NCBI RefSeq assembly: GCF_009914755.1
Contig: NC_060927.1
DNA length: 64,000 nucleotides
Strand: one strand, 5' to 3'
From: the human T2T-CHM13v2.0 reference genome, Homo sapiens
Shown: piece after piece, positions 53,100-64,000 of the stretch
How the letters are laid out: each line of letters begins with the position of its first letter
Position numbering within the stretch: the stretch's first letter is position 1
Program-made: the position numbers and the translations under genes
The notes under the pieces: generated by a model
What the model saw: the letters and a program-made list of their open reading frames with translations, nothing else
Told to the model about the DNA's origin: nothing
The model's database searches: none

Positions 53100-53333
53100 A
53101 TCTACTCTTCTATAAATGTTCACAATATAAAATCTGAGTTAGTGTTGGTAGTTCCAAACTTAAGACTTACTACCCAAAACTATGCCGGAAATGCCACATT
53201 ATACAAACTACTGTAGTGAGTATAAATCTTTAAGTGTATTGGTGTGAATACCTTTAAATGGCCAGTATTATGTTAATCCATGAAGGTAGTTGCACAGTCA
53301 CTAAATGGCCACCTGGAAACACATTCAAATAAT
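53100..53333. repeat. Copy B of the ~235-bp local direct duplication (exon-like unit 53171-53312 on the minus strand)
   Basis: Aligns with 48200-48434; same acceptor tgtgtttccag|GTGGCC and donor GTA|GTAAGT on the minus strand. Confidence 0.92.
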
Positions 53334-55904
53334 AGTGTGACATGAAGCAGGGTCACTACTTTTCTAAGACATATCAGAAAAAGAAGTATAGTATAGCAGC
53401 AACCCATGGGCCAACAAGAAAAGCAAGCAGGAATGGCTCAATGAAAAACCTTGACCCATCACTGAAAACCATTGTTAACATCTAAGTGTCCTAGAACACA
53501 ATTTTTAAAAGGATATGAAACTAGAATATATTACAGAAATCAGTATAAAATTGACAACTTAGAAGGTAAGATTCAATGTTAAGGACAATCTGTCTTAGCT
53601 AAGGCTTAAAGACAAGGTGAGAAATGTCTGCTTTTAAATATTGTTTAGTTGGCTTAATTTTCCATTAAATATCAAATAAGCAGCCTACTATCTATTTCTG
53701 AGCAGACAGGGTATCTGACATTCTTACCAGCTGTGATTTTCCCTATGGGTTTAATGGGTTTGTATAATATTTGTACAAAGTAATATTATCATTATCATAA
53801 ATGTTTTCTAATTATTTCTTGGGATTAAAAAAAGCATCTTGTATTATTGATGGATTAAGTACAATATTTATGAAACAGTGATAGGATTAAAGAGAAATAA
53901 ATATGTATATCTTTCTCATGTGTAAATAATAAATATTAATTCCCATCATCAATTTTGGGCAAAGTGGTTTAGGTATATAATATTTTTGTACATACTTATA
54001 ACTTACTAAATACTTCAGTTATCTGTTGTGGGTTTAGGGGTATGAAAATAGTGTTTGTTTATCTGTAAACTGAAGTACTTGGTAAAGTCTTCAGGGACTG
54101 CAGGAAGGACAAAGATCTGAAAAATAGACCAAAGAAATAATTTAAAATGTGTTGGATTTTTAGAAAATATGCAAAATGTACACAATAAACTTTCAAAGGG
54201 AAGAAACATAAACTTGCATCAAAGCCAGAAATAAATTAAGCCCCATAAGGTGTTGTAAATCCCCAGAGCACTCCCCTGCATATAGTTGTTGGTTCATATA
54301 CGTGTACATTATAGCATTATTCTTTTCATTTTTGACTTGTGTGTATATAATTGTTTTCCCTCTGTCCCATTTGGTTGTGTAAGCCCTCTGCAGACAGGGA
54401 TAAAGCATCTATATAAGAGGCTGTAAAACACCTCAGTTTTGAAGACAGAAGATCTTGCTTGGAATTTGGACTCTACCACTGACTGGTTGAGATATGTGGG
54501 GGAATGGTAATGGCATGTATTGTCAGCTTGTTCTCTTGCCATTGTTTGCAATAATAAGGTCAATCCTTTACTTCAAGCAAGGAATTGATTTTGATATAAA
54601 TGCAAAGCAATTTCTCCTCCAAAGCTACAAACTACAATTCATTTTAAGGCTGAGATATGAACCATTCAAGAAACATATGTTTGCTGATGAGGTTTTAAAG
54701 AAATTACATCAGCGAACTGATGGGAGTCACTTAAGCAAATAGATTCATAAGAGACTAGTGAAGTGATGATACAGTTTTATATGGCAATACTGTCTTCAAT
54801 AGGCATGCAAAGTTGTTTTTCTTTTGGACTAATGTCTTCCAAGTTAAAGGATAATGGTTCAGGAATTGAAAAGACAAGAAAGCTCCTGTCTTTCTATTCT
54901 AGTCTATGAATAAATAGGAGTCTCACTAGCATAACCTTCTGAATTTCACATTTGATTAACCTGATCAATTTATTTCTGTTTTTAAATAAGCCTGTTTCTA
55001 ACATACTATCCGCTTTTCCTATGGGCAAAGTTATTGTCAATAACCCTCATGGTTCATTATCCTAGTCCTAATAGATTTGTTAAAAATGGAACAACATCAA
55101 ATAAAGAGAAATCATTTACAAATGAAAATGGGAAGTCTTAGCCTTAGTAGCCAGGCTATTTTTTTTCCACAAAGTAAGCCAGACAATGTGGACTTTTCAG
55201 AAGTTTTCCAGGGTGACAGGTGGCCATGTAATGACATGCACAGATGTTGTGAGTATACGAGGCACCTCTGGGTCACCCCAGAAGTCTGGGCCTTTACCCC
55301 AGGCTTCCCTAAGGTACAAGCAGCCTTTTCAAAACTTCACTTGTTTCAGAGGATCCTGAGTGCCCCAAGGTTGCCTAAGCATCTGCTCTTACTGTATTGC
55401 ACCAGAGCTAACTTTATGAAAACTGATATGTTCCCAGAACAACATGACAATAAATACTGTCTGTTAATGTAAATGACTTGTAAAAGGTTGTCCAGGAAAT
55501 ATATGACAGTGTAGTATATTTTTTTAAATCACTTATGCTTTCTGCTGTTTCTGGGAAATATGGTTCAGGTCAGTGCCATATTTCTCTAAGCAATTTTAGG
55601 TCCTGTATTTCTGATCTAATCCAGTCTGCAAAAGTTATTTCTGTTCCATAGCCACTAAAATTGAGAATGAAGGCACTATCCAAACACATGAAATTCCTGG
55701 TTAACTGGTACCCAGGCAACAGGAGTGATGAAAATGGGCACAAATCAAGTTCAAGAGGCAGAAAATAGAGCAATCTGGGCTGCAGAAGACAGTGAAATGA
55801 TATGTGTGTTGATCTGTGCATAACTTGCCTTTTGGAAACTTTGTCCATCACCAGAGTCAATCTGTAAACTTATTATTATTGGTGAAATGTAGGAAATAAG
55901 AGGC

Positions 55905-55973
55905 CTTTATTCACAATAGCCAAGACACAGAATCAACCTAAGTGTCTATGGACAGATGAATGGACAAAAAAAA

Positions 55974-56020
<47 letters not shown>

Positions 56021-56540
56021 ATGGAATATTATTAATCCTTAAAAAGGAAATCCTGTCATTCTTGACAATATGAATGAACCTGGAGGATATATTATGCTAA
56101 GTGAAATAAGCCAGGCACAGAGACACATATATGGTATTATCTCTCTTTTATGTGGAATCTAAAAAAGTAGAACTTATAAAAGCAGAGAGCAGAATGGTGG
56201 TTTCCAGGATTGTGACTGGGGGGAAGAAGGAATGGAAATGGGAGATGTTAGTCAAAGCATACAAACTTTCAGTTATAAGATGAATAAGTTCTGGAGATCC
56301 AATAAACAGCACAGTGGCTACAGTTGATAATACTATCCTGCACACTTGCAATTTGCTAAGAGAATAAATCTTAAATGTTCTCACCATGAAAAAAAAGTAG
56401 CTACATGAAGTGATGGATAGGCTAGTGAGCTTTATTGTGGTAATAATTTCTCAATGTATATGTAGGTCAAACATTACATTGTACACTGTAAATATATATA
56501 ATTTTTATTTGTTAATTATATCTCGATAAAACTGGAAAAA
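55905..56540 (+). mobile_element. L1MA (L1MA8/9-like) 3' end with internal (CA)n at 55978-56019
   Basis: ttattcacaatagccaag...caacctaagtgtc...atgaacctggaggatatattatgctaagtgaaataagccaggcacag...ataaaactggaaaaa. Confidence 0.88.
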
Positions 56541-56794
56541 ATTTGAAAGACACTTGGCTGAATATTAAGAAAAGGAGTTAAGCCTTCCCAATGACAAACC
56601 AGGCCATTTACTAGCTAAATTAAATGAAATATTATTTGTTTGAAAGTGTAAGTAGCTTAACTGAGAATATTATTAGGAAAAAACATAATCTTATAAAAAA
56701 TTACTTTTTTAAAGATTTGTGAATGACTTTATAAACATACTGTTATCATAAAATAACACCTACCAGAAAACATTACAGTATATATAGCTATAGA

Positions 56795-56930
56795 ACAGTG
56801 ATTCTCTCAGTGTGGTCTACACACCAGCAGCATCAGCAGCATCTGGAAATTGTCAGAAATGCTAATTTTTTAATCCTACTTCATAGTTAATCCAAAACAC
56901 TAGGGATGGTGCCCAGCAACCTGCATTTTG
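56795..56930. mobile_element. MER5A fragment
   Basis: cagtgattctctcagtgtggtc...cagcagcatcagcagcatctggaaattgtcagaaatgc...cccagcaacctgcatttt. Confidence 0.75.
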
Positions 56931-59900
56931 AGGGGGAGTGTTGCAGAGGAACTTATGTCTCTAAATTCTATTCAGAGTCATATTTATTCCAGGCTATTTC
57001 CTATAGAAATTAATTTAACTTGTAGTTCACTGGAAAATTGAGGTAACATTATATTCCAGTCCTTGACCATACCTGTTGATTAAAATGTTGTAGTTATTTT
57101 CTCTACTAGAATATTTAGAAATTTTATTGATACTTAGGTTATTGTTGGAGTTAGTGTTTTAATTGTAATTGCAATGGTAACAAAATATTTTAAAAAATAA
57201 GGATATAGGGTAGATGCTTTAATGTTTCTATCTAGCTAAGAAACGAGCAGCGTATCTTAGTTTTTATATAACTATCAGGTTTTATATCAAAGAAAGAATA
57301 AAAGATAATGTCAAGATTTTGCAACATAAGATTAACTATCCAGAAATATGGAAGTTCTGGTGTGACCTGAGAATGAAATAGGAAGTCATTGTTTTTATAA
57401 GTCTCCAGTGAAGCTGAGGTGGAGAACTGTAAGGCAGAATAATATTCTCACTTCTCTTGGGGGTTTTAATTCTTCTGAGCAGCTGAAAACTAGTGTAGAG
57501 ACCTCCTGACACTTTCACTTTCCCTCCCATCTTTCTCTTCTAATTGCCCTTAGCCAAATGAATGACCACTCTTGGAGAGGGCATAAAAAATACCATCCCC
57601 ACCAAGAATGATTTTCAAGTCATAGATAACTGCATTCTGAATTTCACAGTGCTGGAGCAGAAAATGGCAGAAGGTGGAAAGTGCAAAATGAAACAGGCTC
57701 ATTCAGAGTCTGACAGCCAGCAAAGAGCAGAGATGAGGTAATCAGGGATAAGCTAGTCAGATTTGGGAGGGAAGAAAGTAGAGAATGACAAGCAATAACA
57801 AGGTAGTCAGAACTGGTGAGGTAAGAAGCCAAGGGAAATAAAAAAATGGGAAGAACTAGGATTTATTAAGCAGGGAGAAAATCATGTCACTTCCTTTAAA
57901 TCCCACCGCAAGCTCTGTTCTCAAGATTTTAAGTTGAGGTCATTTCCAAGACACTGGCAAGTTAATGAATATATACTTTTATTCATGCACTAAACTTTAT
58001 GACTCACTATACTACTTTGTGTGAAGTGCTTGGCAACTTTACACCCTTCACTTTTAGAATACTGGTGTTATCTTGAAGTAGCTTATTTTGCCCCAATTAC
58101 CTCTTTCTCCTCCTACCAAGGCAGGCCATATAAGATGTTAGCTTGCAACTTTTGGCCTGGAGAGAAAGCCTCATGGTTGGCTTTCTGTCAGGGTGTAAGT
58201 TGGAAACTGACAGATATCAAAGGAATCAGTCCCACCTTCTTCTGCCCATCTTGAACATCATGGCAAAGAACCATTAGGGCTGAGTCTGCTCAACCCTCAG
58301 TCAAAGCAGACAAATCAAAAGCAACAGATTCAATATCCAATAGTCAACCTTATTCAGTTACCTTAATGACTAAAACAATGGCCATTTATTTATTTTAGTC
58401 ATCGAGGCCACAAAATCAGATAATCTATTCTGGAATTGAAAGATGGGCTCTGTGATTCCCTACATCAATTTTAAAAAAGTAATAGTAAAAAAGCATATAA
58501 CATAAAATTAACCACCCTATCCATTTTTAAGTATACAAAGTAATTAAAAATTATAAAAATATATTTTTTAAAAGTTACAGCATGTAGAACTGATTCAGTT
58601 TTGTATCATGAAAGTTGAACACAATCTCAGACATGGCAAAGCCCTTACACGTCCAAATCCAGAAAGAGACAAAGATCCAGAGATGTTCAGCAATTTGTCC
58701 AAAGGTCACAAGAAAACTTAGTGACAAAGTCAAAACTGAACCCAAGGCTCATTCTTGAGCCATCTTTTTTCCATTTTACCCAAGATGAGTCAGAAGAGCA
58801 CAAAATGAAGCTATATGGCAATTATCTGATAAATGTGATGGATGTGTACAGACAAACAGGAATAATTATGGCCAGATAATCCAATTTAGGTCCGCAATTA
58901 CCTAGATTGACTGCATTGACCAAATAAACTGGACAATGACCAAAAATGCACTCTACATTGTGTGGTGCTCCCACAGCCTGAGAAACACTTCATTATGATT
59001 TTGTGATTAATAGTAACATCCATACCACTAAGGTGACTACAAACTACAAATTTAACATAGAAATGGATGCATCTTCCATCAATGAAATAGACTTGAAAGT
59101 TATCTCAAATCTCTCTTGTTCATTAGTAAGTCAAGTGAAAATGCTATATGAACGAAATGTGTACATGTTATAGAATTTCTCTGAAGATAGCAGTCACATT
59201 GCCTCTGTCTGGTCCTTTGTTTCTTCAAGGCTATTATTTGTCCAAATGAATCAACCATAATTAGGCCCATGTTGTCAGATGAAAAGGTTTTCAAGTCCTC
59301 ACACCAAAACCCTTGGCAAATCTGGGTCATTCTTTATTTCATTCTAAAAATGATGTAGGTCTTAATTATGAACTTAAGATAACATCATACTTAGTCCCCT
59401 TCACTGACTGAAAATTAGATAAAATATTTAAATAAAACAAACCTAACATCATACTTAGGATGTTTGATGATGGATAGGAAACTTAGAGAGAAGGGGTTTT
59501 CAAGCAATACCTCCAAAAACTTTCCTGAAAGACTTCATATTTTATGTTTTAAAGTAAAAGTTCTGCCACTGTAATTAAGAGAGGTTTTTCTGCTCAAAGT
59601 TTCAACATGAAAAATGTATCTCAAAAATAAATATATGCTTTAAAACTCTTTTTCTCTCTAACCTTAAAAATAATACAGGTTTAGAAATTTCTTTGCCAAT
59701 ATCAGCAATATAATTGACTGCACATTATGACTGGAAGCTGCAAAGACAGTCCTGGGGAAAGATGAATCAAAAAGTACAATATGATTTGCTATGGTGGAGA
59801 CCTTGTTGGTCTGTGAATTATAAAGCTGGGTTTTAATTCTCCATTTGGCATGAACAAGCTTGGTTACATTAGACAATTCATCTTTTCTCCAGACTTTGGT

Positions 59901-59969
59901 TCTCTTATCTCTTAAACGAGAAGGTTGAATTGGATGAGTTTTTGGTTTTACCTCTCTATGACGTTAAGC

Positions 59970-60193
59970 CAGGGATCAGCAAATTAAGGCTTGTGGGGCA
60001 AATATAGATCACCACCTGTTTTTGTAAATGAACTTTGATTGGAACACAGCCACACTCATTCATTTACATATTGTCTTTGGCCGCCTTCATGCTACAACAG
60101 CAGAATTGTTTAATTGTAACAGAGATTACATGTTCCACAAAGCCTAAAATATTTTCTATCTGTCCCTTTACAGAAAAGGTTTGCTGACCCCTG
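59970..60193. mobile_element. MER58A (hAT-Charlie), full length
   Basis: TIRs cagggatcagcaaa...tttgctgacccctg; internal ttggaacacagccacactcattcatttacatattgtc. Confidence 0.9.
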
Positions 60194-60977
60194 CTCTGAG
60201 CCACTGATAGTATTTCTAACAAAAGAGAGTGCCATGGTAACACTGCTAACCCAAAGTCCATATTTAATGGATTATACCAATTCTGTAGGGCAAATTTTCA
60301 TGTTTCTTATGCCCAAGGCCATGCTGAGTTATGTGTCTTGTCTGATTATATGTCATAGTCCTCTAACAGGCATGCTGGCAGTTATGGATATACTGGTCCT
60401 TCACTGTGACCTCAACACATAAGTGTTGGTAATTAATAAGAATGTTGACTGGATGTTTTGCTGGCTGTTGGTAGGATTGGTGAAGGTGACTAAAAACTGG
60501 TCAGTTCCCAAGATTCAGAGTCATTGAGAAGCCTTCTTGCATCTCCGAAAGGAAAGTGAGTTAAGACACTGACAATAGGTAAGGAAGAGAAAAAGAAAAG
60601 TGGTTAAACCTCCACAAAAGTGTGAGAAAAAAAAGAAAGCCTGTCTAAGACTGGAGTAGTGTAACTCACATAACTAATCTTCTTGAGGAGCACAATTTAT
60701 GTTGAAGCTGAAAATCTATATCCAAATTAGTAGTTATAGAATTGGCTCAGACTGAAATTGTGAATGTGCTTTAAAATTCAAGTGACACAAGGGAAGGAAA
60801 CTCAAATATGCTCCTTATTACTCAATCTAATGTCTCACAGAATCTCACTATTAAGGGGAAGGCCTCTCATAGTCACAGAAAGAGAGGGCTTCAGTGCAGG
60901 CTTATCTGAAAACCACACTTTATTTGCATCCAAAGACTTACCAGGCTAATCATGCACAGAGCCATATCAGAACTCAC

Positions 60978-61043
60978 CTTCTCAACAATCTTTCTGATCT
61001 GTACCCTGCCACCAAAGACCCTCAACCCTAGAAAACCTTTTAC
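60978..61043 (-). other. Candidate exon (66 nt, or 50 nt from the acceptor at 61027), minus strand
   Basis: Consensus donor AAG|GTGAGT at 60978/60977, a second donor CTG|GTAAGT ~36 nt further on; acceptors tttttgagttttccag| and ggttttctag|. The 66-nt form is open in frame (VKGFLGLRVFGGRVQIRKIVEK). Confidence 0.3.
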
Positions 61044-61439
61044 CTGGAAAACTCAAAAAGCTGACAAAGATATCCCAGAGCCAAATCTCTACTAAACATT
61101 GTTACTTATAGTTTTTTTAAGAAATTGTGTAAGAGCTGCATGCAACCTTAAAATATGTCTCATTTTTGATGCTTTCAGAAACTATATTTATTTTTAAATA
61201 TAGTTTAATAAAATTGAGATGTGAGGTCAATCATTCTCGATTTAGAATTGCTGCTTTGCCACTTCCTTATTGTATGGCATTAGTAAGTTACACTGAAACC
61301 CCCTGGACCTCAGTTTGAATCAATTAAATAATGCCAAAATTGTCTCCCTTCAAAGACTATTTAAATCTCTTAGAAGCATATGCAGTTGAATGAAAAAAAA
61401 TGTTATTCTCTTTTGAATCATCACTAGTCAGCAGATGCA

Positions 61440-61630
61440 AACATATTAGTTCATTTAATATTTTGAGGTAGAAATTATTAATTCCATATTATAGAAAAGC
61501 AAAGAAAAGCCTGGATGTTAAGAGATTCGACAATTGTCATACAGTTATCAAAGGCTGGAATAGGCATTTGAATCCAGGCCTTTCTGACCCCAAAGCCTAT
61601 GCTCTTTCATCATATCCATATTGCCTCCCA
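61440..61630. mobile_element. MIR
   Basis: ttcatttaat...gaggtagaaattattaattccatattatag...ggcatttgaatccaggcctttctgaccccaaagcctatgctcttt. Confidence 0.75.
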
Positions 61631-64000
61631 CTAATGGCTTCCTCTGTACACTAAGATATACTCTAGTTCCTAAGCTGTAATACTAGCTATGGCATAGAGG
61701 TATGGAACACCTCAGCCTCATGATTCAGAAATTATTTATCCTTATTAGATTAAAAATATGTTCCAGGGCTGGCCTTTAGTTACTGATCCAGCACTTCTTG
61801 TCTGCTACAAGTTTTGGCCAAGGGATGAGGACATTTGATTTAACTCATTACTTGCTTTGGAGACTTGTCCCTGCATCCTATTCCACTCATCTCAGGTCTA
61901 TAAAATCTACTTCGTTCCTACTATTTGGAATTGCACCTCCTCATGCTCAAAACAAGCCATAGGGAATATGTTAACATCTCTCAGTGCATTGTCAGAGTCT
62001 GGCCATAACTAAGAGAATGCCCAAAAGCACAATGATGCCATTTCCATGAATAAGCTGGTTCTGGAGGCTCCTATGTTGGTCAAATTTAATGCTCAGATGG
62101 CAGTAGCTACAGAAACTATGTCTATTCTCTCTAAGATTTAAGTTTGGCACGCCATTGAACACCTTGGATGATGTGAGACTCAGCAAGCAATCATCTCACT
62201 GCCTTTACCGTCTCTTCCTGGCTATGCTGTTCATGTGCCCAGCATGCCTCTCTTCAGTGTCTGCTTGAGGTCTGCCATGATCAGTCAGGAGCTAGGTGAT
62301 CTGCAGAAGGTGAAGGCAAAGAGAGCAAGAAATTAAATATGTGACTTTAGTGACCCAAGAACTATGAGTAACAATGCCATGGCCAAAAAGCTTCTCTGCA
62401 TTTGGTCATGGCAATCACTTACTCCAAAACCAGACTCCTCTGGGACTGTAGGTCCAGGCTGCTGAATGCATCTGACTAAAGCAAGAATTGAGAAACAAAG
62501 AAAGAACTGCTGAGTTTGGACCTTTAGCAGAACTTGATTTTACATAAATGCTCTGTTATTTGTCAAAGGGTCTGTTTTCTCTGGTTAAACTGAAAAGGGA
62601 TATGAAAAATTTTTGCTTAGAAAATGTGGATGTTTCCTCTAAAAAGCATATTTCAAAACTTCATTCCAGGAAGTTCCTTTATAACTTGGTGTAATTTGCT
62701 GCAGCTCAACATAAATGCTGCTAAACTCCCACAGGAAGCATGCAAAGAAGATGTTGGAAATCAGAGAAGAATTGTGAAGGAAGAGGATGAAGGGATTCTG
62801 TGTTTCAATGTAGTAATTCTCTTATGCTACTTATCAACTTCCACCCTGCCGTTAGAGCCATTTGTGTTCATCTCTCACTTATTGGACTGTTAGCTCTTTA
62901 TGAGTACAGAGTCATTGTCAGATATATTCTTTTTTTCCCCAGCATCTAGTGCAATGTCTGATATATGGTAGGTTTGAAAGACAACAAACATTATGAATAT
63001 GGCAGAGATTGTCAGTGCTCATTAGATTTCTGTTTACTCTTCATGGTATGAAGACATGAATAAGGAGTAGCAGGGCCATCCAGGTACTACATTACAAAGT
63101 GTGTTCCTAGTGAATTTTTCCTGTGTTAAGACCCCGAAATGTGAGTGTCTATTTGCTACAGGAGATAAAGTAATTCTAATACAATGAGTACATAATTCAA
63201 TCGATTAACTGATTAAGTGATGGCTGAATAATATTAATATGAGATATTAATGCTTGATTTCTAATTATTTAAGTAAGAGAATAAATACATAATCAGATTT
63301 ATCATGAAGCTAATGAAGGTTATGTTTCAATGAAGGCACTGGCAGAACTCTCTCTTCTTGGGAAATGCCCTACCAATATGTTCAGATTTGTAAATTTTTC
63401 AAAAGTAATTTTTTGTATTATTTTTCTTAGGAGCAGGTCCTCAAATTACAGAAGCCACAGAAAACTGACTCTGTCCCTGGGTCAAGATAATAGAGCATGG
63501 TGGTATATAATGCATAAAATATGAAATTTTTATTAGCAATACACAGGAAGTCAATCTTTTCCACTGAAGTTGACTTTTTTATTAATAAAAATGTCATACA
63601 ATCTAAAGTAGCTTGCTATTTATTGTCACATTTTCTCTCATTACTTTTTCTATGATGCCTTAGCAGAAAGAATTGCCTCATTAATAACTTTGACCAATTG
63701 CTTTTGCAAGATGTTGATTATTTCTCCCTTTTGCATTTGCCAAAGTTTACAAATAGATTAAAAAAACGCCTTTCTTGTAATAGTGTTAGGTTAGTTTTAA
63801 TAATGAGTCAACTGTGGGTGTTTTAAACATTTCCAGTAAATTTATCTTTAGGCATAGATATATCTTGTATGATAACCAAATTAAATACACACACATATAA
63901 CACACACACATACAAATGAGTTTATGGAATGCTCAGGAAAGTAAGATAAAAAATAACGTCTAACAACTTATTTGATTAAATTCAGCTCTCTCACTTTTAA

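Noticed and set aside
53190-53275. Resemblance of UACAGUAGUUUG and UAAUACUG to miR-199-3p and miR-200b-family 5' ends
   Set aside because: Similarity is limited to ~8 nt, the rest differs, and it is not kept in copy A; not called as a miRNA.

Overview
AT-rich primate (human-like) genomic DNA, judged from its Alu (including AluY) and L1PA elements. It looks like the intronic or intergenic interior of a large locus. I see no CpG island, tRNA, rRNA or CRISPR array, and no credible long protein-coding ORF: the longer ORFs in the track come from L1 ORF2, Tigger1 transposase remnants, Alus or microsatellites. A large share of the window is interspersed repeat: 4 Alus, a 5'-truncated L1PA, older L1M/L2/MIR pieces, a near full-length Tigger1, Tigger3b, MER20/MER5A/MER58A and several solo LTRs. 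By eye there is a chain of small exon-like units with good splice sites on the minus strand and two on the plus strand. I could not assign a gene name, and such units may be pseudo-exons. The most unusual structures are four. (1) A ~235-bp non-TE unit duplicated 4.9 kb apart, whose splice-site-bearing ends are nearly identical while the hairpin-forming middle has diverged. (2) An L1PA with a perfect 45-bp flank duplication at its 5' junction and an internal snap-back templated insertion. (3) A perfect 42-bp-arm AT-rich palindrome. (4) A textbook RFX X-box. Repeat subfamily names are recalled from consensus sequences and their boundaries are approximate; nothing was checked against a database.
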